47,509 nucleotides of DNA, from the IMG/VR virus record IMGVR_UViG_3300011423_000002, positions 1 through 47,509 of that record; one strand, written 5' to 3'. The notes under the pieces were generated by a model. It had not been told where the DNA came from, made no database searches, and saw only the letters and a program-made list of their open reading frames with translations. The stretch is from a virus (lineage: Duplodnaviria; Caudoviricetes). The position numbers were made by a program, and so were the translations under genes. The first letter of the stretch is position 1. Each line of letters starts with the position of its first letter. Positions 1 through 9,016 of the stretch are shown here, piece by piece.

Positions 1-123
1 AAGCTCACTCAGTGGGCTACGGATGATGAACGGAAGGCCGTTGTCAACAGTGTGCGTAGACTTACGGCTACTGCACTCGATGAAATGCGCCGTCAGCTCG
101 ACTCGCAGATGATGCAGGTCGGT
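1..123. repeat. Terminal direct repeat (left copy), identical to 47387-47509; circular assembly overlap
   Basis: aagctcactcagtggg...caggtcggt is identical at both ends and falls inside an ORF that reads through the join. Confidence 0.97.
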
Positions 124-969
124 GATGGTGTAATCGGTGTAGTCACGACTGATACACCGGCTGGTGGTGCGAATGTAATCACGCTCACCACTGATGGATT
201 CGGTGCGCGTCTGATGCGTTTTGGTCAGACTGTGCAAGTGTGGGATACTGGACTCGCTATCAAGCGTGGTGAAGGTACTATCTCTGCACATGATGTGGAG
301 AATAAGACCATTTCCATCACTCCACAGATCGCTGCTGTGGCTCCTACCGATAAGATCGTCACATACGGTCTTGCGGCTCCTGCGTCCCTGCCTGCATTGT
401 TTGGTGTGCCATATCATCACTCGAATGCATCCACTGGTACGTGGCTTGGCTTCTCACGAAACACGACTCCTGAGATTCGTGCCAATCGTGTGAATGCTGC
501 TGGTAGTGCTCTGACGCTGCCGCTTCCACGTCTGTGCATCAACAAGATTGGTAATCGTGTGGGGATTGACAACAAGTTCAATCCTACTGCATGGTTGCAT
601 CCTTGTCAGATGCAGGCGTACGAGGAAATCGGTCAGCTTGTTTCCATCATACAGAAGACGACCAAGGAAGAAGGTCTGAATATGTATTTTGGAAACAACA
701 TGCAGTTGGCTGGTGCCAGCATGAAGGCCAGCTACTCATGGGATAAGACGCGCATTGACTTCATTGTCGATGAAGTGTGGGGCCGTGCAGAGATTCTGCC
801 AATCGGCTTCTACACTACTGATGGAAGAAAGATCTTCGAGATTCGTGGTGCATCGGGTGGTGTAGCCGCGGCCGAAATCTTCTACATGGTGGTTGGTATG
901 CAGACATTTGTCAGCAATCCTGCTGCATGTTCGTATATCGATAACTTGGCCGTACCAGTAGGATACTAA
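1..969 (+). CDS. Major capsid protein, 3' part
   Basis: Frame open from base 1; size, position after scaffold, beta-rich insertion (P22-like I-domain position), C-terminal ...NPAACSYIDNL typical of HK97-fold capsids. Confidence 0.85.
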   Translation, partial: KLTQWATDDERKAVVNSVRRLTATALDEMRRQLDSQMMQVGDGVIGVVTTDTPAGGANVITLTTDGFGARLMRFGQTVQVWDTGLAIKRGEGTISAHDVENKTISITPQIAAVAPTDKIVTYGLAAPASLPALFGVPYHHSNASTGTWLGFSRNTTPEIRANRVNAAGSALTLPLPRLCINKIGNRVGIDNKFNPTAWLHPCQMQAYEEIGQLVSIIQKTTKEEGLNMYFGNNMQLAGASMKASYSWDKTRIDFIVDEVWGRAEILPIGFYTTDGRKIFEIRGASGGVAAAEIFYMVVGMQTFVSNPAACSYIDNLAVPVGY

Positions 970-970
970 A

Positions 971-1264
971 ATGGCAGCAGAATCCGATTGGCAACGGTAT
1001 TTGCCGTGGGGCGCACCCTCGTCAACTATGGCATCAGCCGCAACACTTGTACCCGGTCCTGGGTTGACAGTGTTGACAGGTAATACGGCGATTACCACAA
1101 TCACACCGCCTGTAACTAGCCCACACGCGATTTGTCTCGTATTCGCGGGTACGGCAGGTATTACAGCGGGAAATAACATTGCTAACACCAAAGCATCGGT
1201 CGCTGGTGAAGCAATGTTGCTTGTGTACAATACTTCAACTGCAAAATATCACGCAGTTGGTTAA
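971..1264 (+). CDS. Small virion protein, probable capsid decoration
   Basis: Directly after capsid; Thr/Ala/Gly beta-rich; resembles the next ORF (TGNTAITTI / TGTTQVNTI; AGNNI / SGNI; KYH / KWY). Confidence 0.6.
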   Translation: MAAESDWQRYLPWGAPSSTMASAATLVPGPGLTVLTGNTAITTITPPVTSPHAICLVFAGTAGITAGNNIANTKASVAGEAMLLVYNTSTAKYHAVG

Positions 1265-1291
1265 CTCGAATCATCAAGGTGGAGGTGGACG

Positions 1292-1582
1292 ATGATTCCT
1301 GGTACAACGACTAAACTGTCAGAAAGCACTGTAGCAAGTGCAGCTTCAATCAGTGCTAAGTCTGACATCGTGAAAGTCACTGGAACAACACAGGTCAATA
1401 CTATTCTACCCAATTTTGGGGGTGGATTTAGTGGAACTGTTGTGTTGATTCCAACTGACGGTGCTGTGATTCTTGGTACCTCTGGTAACATTTTGGTAGG
1501 TATCACGATGGCTCAGAATCGAGCTGTTACTCTGACCTTTGTGAAATCAACCGGAAAGTGGTACGTCGAATCAGGCGTCTAG
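1292..1582 (+). CDS. Small virion protein, paralog of 971-1264
   Basis: GGAGG RBS; same motif pattern as preceding ORF. Confidence 0.6.
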   Translation: MIPGTTTKLSESTVASAASISAKSDIVKVTGTTQVNTILPNFGGGFSGTVVLIPTDGAVILGTSGNILVGITMAQNRAVTLTFVKSTGKWYVESGV

Positions 1583-1791
1583 CTTGTAGGCCCACTCCAA
1601 GAGTAATTAGATTGGAGTGGGCCACCTGCCCTAATTGTGGTGAAGATTGGTCATACATGACTGATCGGAAACACGCTAGTAATGTGGAATATTGTCCAGC
1701 ATGTGAAGAAATAATGGACAATACGATTTTTAGGATTGAAAATGGAATCTTTGGAAAATGTAAACCGCCTCTTAGTAGACCGTTTCAGTAG
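1558..1791 (+). CDS. Zn-ribbon ORF, start uncertain
   Basis: CPNC-x17-CPAC; fills the gap between two genes; no clear RBS/ATG. Confidence 0.4.
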   Translation: MVRRIRRLACRPTPRVIRLEWATCPNCGEDWSYMTDRKHASNVEYCPACEEIMDNTIFRIENGIFGKCKPPLSRPFQ

Positions 1792-2257
1792 TGATAGTTC
1801 TACTAATCAGGCTATTTGGCGTCTATCATGGAGTGATGATCAATTAGAGAAACGTAGAATGAATTGTACTCCTGAGGGGATTCAATTACTACATTCTGAA
1901 GTTTTTCTGGTAAAAAAGTATCCATACATTAAATCCAAGTGGGTATTGGAACGACTTGTAGTAATTCCTGATTTTCAGCAAGATGAATTACCAGTATCCA
2001 AATTAAGTTACGAACCGATATACACGTTCGATATATTTCCTTCGATGCAGGCTATCCTATTCATCGTTGACACGGTGTATGCGGCTTTAGGCAAAAAGTC
2101 TATGGCTAAGTACGTCGATCCTGATACGTCAGAAGAAGTTAGACAGAATCGAATCAAAGAACTTCACCAGGAATTATTCGGTAACGAAACTGACGTAGGT
2201 GATGCGCTCGCATACAAGCAGGGCGTAACAGTTCCCAGAAATTACGGAGATGAGTGA
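1736..2257 (+). CDS. Hypothetical protein (start probably ATG 1742)
   Basis: ORF in late operon, overlaps next start. Confidence 0.75.
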   Translation: MKMESLENVNRLLVDRFSSDSSTNQAIWRLSWSDDQLEKRRMNCTPEGIQLLHSEVFLVKKYPYIKSKWVLERLVVIPDFQQDELPVSKLSYEPIYTFDIFPSMQAILFIVDTVYAALGKKSMAKYVDPDTSEEVRQNRIKELHQELFGNETDVGDALAYKQGVTVPRNYGDE

Positions 2258-2952
2258 TGATTACAGTTGGTGAATTTCCAGGTATACATGGACAGAATCG
2301 TAGACTTATTCCTGCGCCAAAAAATCCATTGGATAAGTCCACTATCGTTTCAATCTTTCCAAAAAGAATTCAGGAGCGTAAAGCTACAGTATCACCAGGT
2401 CTATTCGATGTGCCTCCTGGTAGTTTCGATAAACCTAGCTGCCTAATCGTAGGTACATCGAGCTGGTGGAAAGAGATTGATGATACACAGCCATTACTCG
2501 AAATCCCTGTATCATCTATTTCAGTAGCCGATTCAGTTGTGAAAGATTACTGTAACGGATTACTTGCATGTAACATGTCAGATCAGATGCCGGGCTTGTT
2601 CTATTTGCCTGGTGAATGGAATGCAGAAAGTGTAAAGAAGGAACATCAGCCAATCATACTCAAGTACTTGGCATTTCAAAGGAAGTGGTTCCTAGAGCTA
2701 GTTCGTATCGCTGATATTCTGTGGTCAAGGAGTAATGGTAATCCACTCTCAATATCAGAGGATGCGCGGCTTGCATGTAAGGAACTGAATATCACTCAAA
2801 AGCCCTGGCTTGGCGATCTGCAAACTGCCGAATTAGTTCGATGTGTTGCATGTGGTTCACTGAGGAATGGTCAATTCCCTGTATGTCCGACATGTAAGGC
2901 TGTGGCGGACCCTGAACTGGCAAAGCGTCTAAACATCCAATTCGCGCAGTAG
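2254..2952 (+). CDS. Hypothetical protein with C-terminal Zn finger
   Basis: CVAC-x10-CPTC at C-terminus; GGAG RBS. Confidence 0.8.
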   Translation: MMITVGEFPGIHGQNRRLIPAPKNPLDKSTIVSIFPKRIQERKATVSPGLFDVPPGSFDKPSCLIVGTSSWWKEIDDTQPLLEIPVSSISVADSVVKDYCNGLLACNMSDQMPGLFYLPGEWNAESVKKEHQPIILKYLAFQRKWFLELVRIADILWSRSNGNPLSISEDARLACKELNITQKPWLGDLQTAELVRCVACGSLRNGQFPVCPTCKAVADPELAKRLNIQFAQ

Positions 2953-2957
2953 GAGAT

Positions 2958-3025
2958 GTGGCAGTAGCTCGCTGGGCATTACGATTCTAACTCTCCTGGT
3001 CGTAATCGAGTTACTGCCACTTTTT
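2958..3025 (+). terminator. Long nested hairpin followed by T5
   Basis: gtggcagtagctcg (2958-2971) pairs with cgagttactgccac (3007-3020); inner attacga/tcgtaat; TTTTT at 3021-3025. Confidence 0.7.
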
Positions 3026-3029
3026 ACAT

Positions 3030-3731
3030 ATGTCTACCACATCATTAACAGCAGGTCAAGTGATGGACCGTTCAGCGGCTCTGTTAAATGATCCTGCGAA
3101 AACAGATTACACGTATATTGCACAACTTCCCTATCTAAATATAGCTATTGATGAATTATCTGAAAATCTAGAGGAATCTAATGCTTCGCCTAGTAATTTA
3201 ACTTCGGCTGCTATCATTCTACCAGTAGGTAAGAACATGTTAACTCCAACTGAACATGTTGATACACCACATTACCCAGTTGATTTGGTTGAAATTCAAT
3301 CAGTTGGTGAGCGTGTAGCAGGTAGTTCGGATTCATTCATTAATTTGGTTCGTAAGGAATTCTTGCAACATTTCCCTATTAGTAGTTCACTAATGTACTG
3401 GATGTGGGAAGATCAATGTATCAAATTCAATCCGAATGGATGTAGTGGACCGAGGGAAATTCAATTGAAGTATGTTCGTCAGCCTATTCAGTTGGCATCT
3501 GATGATACTTCAATTATTGGAACTATTGGATCGCGCTCATTCCTCGCTTATAAAACTGCTGCACTATGTAGTATGTTCATCGGTGAGAATCAGACGCGCG
3601 CCGATATATTAAATACTGAGGCTGCTCAAGCGATGGAAAGATTACTCGGAATAGGAAATAAGGGTAGACAGGAGATATTCACTCGACGGCGCCCGTTCCG
3701 GGCGAGTTACAAAGCCAGAGGAGTGATGTAA
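3030..3731 (+). CDS. Head-to-tail adaptor (tail tubular A / P22 gp4-like position)
   Basis: N-terminal helix pair (VMDRSAALLND...YLNIAIDEL), C-terminal helices, 233 aa, precedes nozzle-like gene. Confidence 0.7.
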   Translation: MSTTSLTAGQVMDRSAALLNDPAKTDYTYIAQLPYLNIAIDELSENLEESNASPSNLTSAAIILPVGKNMLTPTEHVDTPHYPVDLVEIQSVGERVAGSSDSFINLVRKEFLQHFPISSSLMYWMWEDQCIKFNPNGCSGPREIQLKYVRQPIQLASDDTSIIGTIGSRSFLAYKTAALCSMFIGENQTRADILNTEAAQAMERLLGIGNKGRQEIFTRRRPFRASYKARGVM

Positions 3732-5713
3732 TGCCGGGCATTAGGGATCATGAACCTGTTATAATAGAGGAATTCAACGGGTGGTGGAAGCGTGGGGATG
3801 ATGAATCTTGTCCTCTTGATCATTTCATCATGGCTGATAATGTTCAATATAGTAATTCAGCCGTAATGACTCGTGATTGGCTCGATACCTACCAAAAGAA
3901 TATCACTCCACTCAAGAAAATCACTCGAATATACAATTATGTGATGCAAAAGGGTCAATCTCTCTTAGTTTTGAGAGAAGGTGGTGATATATTTCATATA
4001 ATTGATAAACAAACTATGTTCGGACCTATTCTAAGCATTTCAACGATGGAAGATTTTGGATTTGTGGCGGTGAATGGATATGCTTACATCACTCCATTCA
4101 AGAATTACGTCAATACACTAGGTAAAAATGTTCAATTAGGTGTAAAAGGCGAGTTCATGTATGTTTATAAGGGTGATGGAACTAATGCACGTAAAGCAGC
4201 TGGACAACCACCTATAAATGGTATATTAGGTTCACCGGAAACTGCTAAGAAGCCATTCATTGCACATAATACTACGACTGATGGAAAGATGTTCGCCGGG
4301 ATTCATGTATTCGCTGTGGCATTTAATGGTGGGCCTCTTGGTCCACTACCCATATTTCCTGTAGTCGATGCACCGGGTGGTAAACAGATTCAATTAGAGA
4401 ATATACCGATTGGACCTGTTGGAACTACTTCTAGAACTGTGGTAGGAACTCAGGCAATTGCACATGATGTATATAAGGATGCAAATCAATCTACATACAC
4501 GTATTATGTCGTAGAAGTTATTCCAGATAATACAACGACTAATAAAATCGTTGATATTGCGGATGATGATACATCTGGTACGCATCCAATCTATACGCCC
4601 GGAGCTGGTACTCCTCCACCTGATGATGGTGGTCTATTAGTTCAGCAAGCTACTACTGAGGGATTCTGTGATTTCGGTTATCATCTAGTCGCCGTAGTAT
4701 ATGAGACTGATACGGGCTATTTAACTGCACCAGGACCAGAACGATTCGGCGCGTGTACTTACACGGACGTTAAGAAGGCTGTAAAAGTATCACATATTCC
4801 AGTTTCACCGGATTCATTTGTTACGAAACGTCATTTAGTATCGACGAAGTGGATTCCTGAATACAATGGCGATCAGAAAGGATATCAGTTTTTCTTTATA
4901 CCTGAAGGTAAAATTGATGATAATACAACTACGACTAAGGAAGTATCTTACTATGATGCAGACTTACTTGAGGATGCTTCACATCTTATAGATCAATTTC
5001 CTGAAATAGCTGCCGGAGTAAGTCTAACTACATATCATGGTCGATTAGTTCTAGTAGGTGAGAATACATATCCTAAGAAGGAAGATGGTACAGAGGATAT
5101 TGCACAACCTGATAATCGATCTGTCGCTCGTGTAAGTGAACCGGGTGAACCGGAATCCATCGATAAAGTGGAAGGATTAATCATAGCTCCGTTAGATGGT
5201 AATGCATTAACTAATGCTCAGGAAATGCGTGATGTACTCTATCTTTTCAAAGACACACGAACGATAGCTTACGTCGATAACGAAGACGTACCATCATCGT
5301 GGCTCCCTGAAAAGGTGGATGAAGGTATTGGTGCAAGTGTTCATGGTATTGGTACTGTCCTCGATACTGGTGGTGTTAACGTTGATTATCTTCTTATTGT
5401 TGATTGGTCTGGTTTAATGTTATTCAATGGAACATATGCTAGACCGGAATTAACTTTCAAAATTGAGGATTACTGGCTTTCATTGAATCGGAATGAATTT
5501 CGATTTATGCAAATAATCAATGATTCGATCAGTAAGAAGTTATGGATTACATTACCTCCACCTAATCGACATATGATGCTTTATATGGATTATGGAAATG
5601 GATTAAGTCCTGATAAGGTGAAATGGGCTAGATGGATTTTTGATGCACAGATTACTGCTGTTGCATTGATTGAAACGAACAAGGTAATTCTCGGAGCATC
5701 GGCAGGAGTATAG
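3731..5713 (+). CDS. Tail nozzle (P22 gp10 / T7 gp12-like beta-propeller), N-terminal portion, with two tandem inserted beta-sandwich domains
   Basis: FNG...DNV start, propeller-type repeats (YHGRLVL, RVSEPGEPES, LYLFK, GIGA, W..W); repeated DNTTT domains; lacks the usual C-terminal domain. Confidence 0.7.
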   Translation: MPGIRDHEPVIIEEFNGWWKRGDDESCPLDHFIMADNVQYSNSAVMTRDWLDTYQKNITPLKKITRIYNYVMQKGQSLLVLREGGDIFHIIDKQTMFGPILSISTMEDFGFVAVNGYAYITPFKNYVNTLGKNVQLGVKGEFMYVYKGDGTNARKAAGQPPINGILGSPETAKKPFIAHNTTTDGKMFAGIHVFAVAFNGGPLGPLPIFPVVDAPGGKQIQLENIPIGPVGTTSRTVVGTQAIAHDVYKDANQSTYTYYVVEVIPDNTTTNKIVDIADDDTSGTHPIYTPGAGTPPPDDGGLLVQQATTEGFCDFGYHLVAVVYETDTGYLTAPGPERFGACTYTDVKKAVKVSHIPVSPDSFVTKRHLVSTKWIPEYNGDQKGYQFFFIPEGKIDDNTTTTKEVSYYDADLLEDASHLIDQFPEIAAGVSLTTYHGRLVLVGENTYPKKEDGTEDIAQPDNRSVARVSEPGEPESIDKVEGLIIAPLDGNALTNAQEMRDVLYLFKDTRTIAYVDNEDVPSSWLPEKVDEGIGASVHGIGTVLDTGGVNVDYLLIVDWSGLMLFNGTYARPELTFKIEDYWLSLNRNEFRFMQIINDSISKKLWITLPPPNRHMMLYMDYGNGLSPDKVKWARWIFDAQITAVALIETNKVILGASAGV

Positions 5714-5718
5714 ATACA

Positions 5719-6792
5719 ATGTCACTTCAAGTCTTGTATTCATTTGATCACATTGCTACTGCTGATCTGTTAGCATTACCTAGAGTTGTATCTGTTGCTT
5801 CCGGTGGTGCTATTGCCGCATCGAGTGGCAGAGATGGTAGTCCTTGCTTTACTACTACTGATGGTATTGGTGCCTTTTCTACTAGTATGGGTCTTGTAAT
5901 TGCAATAAATAATCATGCTGATGTTACATTCGGAGCATGGATAGTTATAGAAAGTACACCTGCTCCTGGTAAACCACTCATTATTTTTGGTAATCCTGAT
6001 GCAACTATTTCTAATTCTTCAAATAATCAAGTTACTATAGTTGCTGAACCTGATGGTTCATTGAAAGCACATAGATCATATCCAGGTGTTGCTAACGGTG
6101 CTTTACTTGGAACTAGTCCTGCCGGAACAATTACATTTGGTATTAACGCATCCTATTATATTGAAGCAAGAGTTGTAATTGGATCTTCTGGTTCTGTTGT
6201 TGTTAGAGTTAACGAAGCAATAGTTATTAATGTAACTAATGTTGATACACAAGTTAATTCAGTTCCTGATATAAGTTTCATATCATTGGGAAATCCACAA
6301 AGTACGGATAAAACTAGATACGATGATATGTATATTGCTACGGGTGAGAATACCGGAGATGATTGGATTGGATTCAAAGGTATTCTAAAGATTAAAGGAT
6401 TACTAGCTACAGGAGCGGGCGCACTCACTCAATGGACTCCATCGGTTCCATCAGGTGTGAACTATCAGAACGTCGATGAACCTACTCCTAATCCAACTGA
6501 TTACAATGATGCGACTACGGTGGGATTAATCGATCTATATGAAATAGAAGATGTTTCATTTGATCCTCTTGCAATTCAAGTCGATCTTTACATGAAGAAA
6601 TTGGATGCTGGACCTAGTTCAGTAGGTCATGTACTTAGAACTGGTGGAGCTAATTTCATTAGTTCTGAATCACAGACTTTATCGCCAGATTTCAAGTATT
6701 ATAGGAAGGTCTATACTACTGTTCCGTCTGGTGGTGCATGGACTATGGCTAGTTTCAATGCAATTCAAGCAGGTCCAATTAAGGCTGTGTAA
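5719..6792 (+). CDS. Virion beta-sandwich protein (lectin/concanavalin-like N-domain plus second beta domain)
   Basis: YYIEARV...GSVVVRVN...YDDMYI pattern typical of LamG-like folds; AT-rich gene. Confidence 0.55.
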   Translation: MSLQVLYSFDHIATADLLALPRVVSVASGGAIAASSGRDGSPCFTTTDGIGAFSTSMGLVIAINNHADVTFGAWIVIESTPAPGKPLIIFGNPDATISNSSNNQVTIVAEPDGSLKAHRSYPGVANGALLGTSPAGTITFGINASYYIEARVVIGSSGSVVVRVNEAIVINVTNVDTQVNSVPDISFISLGNPQSTDKTRYDDMYIATGENTGDDWIGFKGILKIKGLLATGAGALTQWTPSVPSGVNYQNVDEPTPNPTDYNDATTVGLIDLYEIEDVSFDPLAIQVDLYMKKLDAGPSSVGHVLRTGGANFISSESQTLSPDFKYYRKVYTTVPSGGAWTMASFNAIQAGPIKAV

Positions 6793-7715
6793 TGGCGACT
6801 AGATTTTATCTAAATAATTCAAATTCATTATTTGTTCCTGCTACTATACGCGGAGCTTGGAATGCTACTCCAAGTTCGCGTGCATTTATGTTGGGAACTG
6901 ATAAATATGGTGGATTAATAACTTCAATTGCTGAATCGGAAGCTGTATCTACTGCTCCTTATAGTGTTCTAATATTAAGAGGAATTTCATCTAAATTACA
7001 AGCACAAGCTATTTCGGGATACATGGACGTTGTTTTAGGTGTTAGACAAGCTCGTAGTACATCAAATTTTTATTGGCATATTCATGTTTATGTTACACAA
7101 GGAGATACTGATACTGTAAGAGGAATCTTAGTAAATAATTATGTTGAAAATACTACTAATACTTGGACTACTACAGCGAAAGGAACATCATTTCAATTTG
7201 CCGTACCAATTAGTCCTCTTGCTATAACAGCTAATGATAGAATAGTTATTGAAATTGGATTTGTTGCTAGAAATGTTACTACTACGTCGGAATCTGGTAC
7301 AATTTATTACGGAACTAAAACTGGAGTTACAATAGATGATGCTCCAGATTTGGCAGTTACTAGTACTCAAGTATCAACTAATGCAGGATTCATTGATTTT
7401 ACTCAAACACTATTATTTCAAGTAATTCCTGAAGAAATTGGACATATTGGAGTTCAATCAGTTGAAGATGCTCCATCAGCATTATCAAGAGTTTCACATC
7501 AACAAATTCAGACGGCAGAAATAACTAGACCTGCTACTGAAATTGCACATATAATTATTCAGGCAGTAGAAATAAATCGACCACCTATTGTACTAGGAGA
7601 TATTTCAGGAATATACTTCATTAATCCACTTAAAGCAAATAAACGTGATTCTTATTATGATGCTGATAGAAAAGTTCCGAATCCAACGATACGCACCGCA
7701 TTATTGGGGGATTAA
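6792..7715 (+). CDS. Virion beta-rich protein with three short C-terminal repeats and a nozzle-like tail
   Basis: ORF coupled to both neighbours; repeats EIGHIGVQSVE / RVSHQQIQTAE / EIAHIIIQAVE. Confidence 0.6.
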   Translation: MATRFYLNNSNSLFVPATIRGAWNATPSSRAFMLGTDKYGGLITSIAESEAVSTAPYSVLILRGISSKLQAQAISGYMDVVLGVRQARSTSNFYWHIHVYVTQGDTDTVRGILVNNYVENTTNTWTTTAKGTSFQFAVPISPLAITANDRIVIEIGFVARNVTTTSESGTIYYGTKTGVTIDDAPDLAVTSTQVSTNAGFIDFTQTLLFQVIPEEIGHIGVQSVEDAPSALSRVSHQQIQTAEITRPATEIAHIIIQAVEINRPPIVLGDISGIYFINPLKANKRDSYYDADRKVPNPTIRTALLGD

Positions 7716-8026
7716 TGGCTAAGGGAGCAGCTTTAAGTGAAGGTTCGAGTGGTGAAAATATTCAACATTTCGCCGCGATACGTGTTCGTGTGAATGGAAC
7801 AGGTAATTTGAAGATGCGTGTATCGTCACTTGATAACGTACGTTCAAAGGATCTAGTTTCATTCACTATGGCTACTGCGAATCGAATCATTCCGACTAGA
7901 TTAGTGAATTTTCAAGAACAGCGCGCATCATTTGAGCTGAAAACTACTGAAATCGATGAATATTTCAAAATCAATAGAATCGTCATATTCATGAAGGAAA
8001 TGTACACATCATATCCAGGAAGTTAA
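7715..8026 (+). CDS. Probable detached C-terminal domain of the nozzle
   Basis: HFAAIRVRVNGTGNLKM...FELKT...FKINRIVIF matches the strand pattern of podovirus nozzle C-terminal domains (recognised by eye). Confidence 0.5.
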   Translation: MAKGAALSEGSSGENIQHFAAIRVRVNGTGNLKMRVSSLDNVRSKDLVSFTMATANRIIPTRLVNFQEQRASFELKTTEIDEYFKINRIVIFMKEMYTSYPGS

Positions 8027-8030
8027 TTAA

Positions 8031-8492
8031 GTGGCATTTAAGCCTCCGAAGAAGCCAGTACAGTTCGCACATCTCAAGCAAACTCTGTCTACTGCGGACC
8101 CTGATAATGCATTATATCAAACTGTTCAGGCAATAATCGAGAAATTAACTCAATTTCAAAATCAAGAAACTGAGGAAAAAACTAAATTAAAGGATGCTAT
8201 ATCATCTATTAGTGGTGGCGGTAGTGGTGGTGGTACTCCTATTGGTGGTAATTTAACTGCAACTTATATAACAAAGGCCAATGAAACAGCAGATTTATCT
8301 AATTCAATTCAATTATTAGCTGGTACTAACATTACATTCGATGATACTGTTGCTAATCAGAGAACTATTAATTCATTTGGTGGTTCTTCGGTAAGTAATT
8401 ATTATGATAGTCCATTAACTGATGGTGATTTAATTGAAACTGAATTGATTTTTGCGGCTGGTGAATGTATCATTGTTCAGGTTCCGACATGA
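8031..8492 (+). CDS. Tail fibre adaptor/short fibre
   Basis: Coiled coil, Gly linker, LAGTNITF fibre motif; GTG start. Confidence 0.55.
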   Translation: MAFKPPKKPVQFAHLKQTLSTADPDNALYQTVQAIIEKLTQFQNQETEEKTKLKDAISSISGGGSGGGTPIGGNLTATYITKANETADLSNSIQLLAGTNITFDDTVANQRTINSFGGSSVSNYYDSPLTDGDLIETELIFAAGECIIVQVPT

Positions 8493-9016
8493 GACTTCAG
8501 GACGTAATTTTACGTGGTTTAGCTGCATCGAAACCTGTTGCTACAGATGTGGCACCTGGTACATTGTACTATTCAACTGACACATCAATCACTGAACGAT
8601 CAGATGGAACTACATGGCAATCATTCAATGATAGTGGTAGTGTTAGTACAGTCAGAAGACAGGTCACATTCATAATCGATGGCGGCGCATCAGTAATTAC
8701 GACGGGTGTAAAGGGATTCATTTCACTTCCATTAGCCGGAACATGGAAAAAATGGAGGCTTCTGTCTATCGACGGAGCTGCAACAGTTGGATCGATTGTC
8801 ATTGATGTGTGGAAAGATACATATACAAATTATCCACCTGCCGTAGCCGATACAATCACTGCATCAGCTAAACCAACACTAAGTGCTATGAATAAGAATG
8901 AAAGTTCTACGTTAACAGGATGGACTACGGCATTTAGCGTGGGTGATATACTTGGATTTAACGTGGATTCAGTGACAACTCTTACAAAAATATCTCTTGT
9001 ATTGGAGTTCGAATAA
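8489..9016 (+). CDS. Tail fibre-associated protein
   Basis: ATGA overlap at 8489; GTLYYSTD...RSDGTTW hinge motif; C-terminal GDILGFNVDSV beta-sandwich. Confidence 0.65.
   Translation: MRLQDVILRGLAASKPVATDVAPGTLYYSTDTSITERSDGTTWQSFNDSGSVSTVRRQVTFIIDGGASVITTGVKGFISLPLAGTWKKWRLLSIDGAATVGSIVIDVWKDTYTNYPPAVADTITASAKPTLSAMNKNESSTLTGWTTAFSVGDILGFNVDSVTTLTKISLVLEFE

Noticed and set aside
52-969. 305-aa ORF as the complete capsid gene
   Set aside because: The frame extends through the join to ATG 47105
5711-5713. TAG recoding (alternative genetic code)
   Set aside because: Genes are intact under the standard code and TAG ends several genes normally
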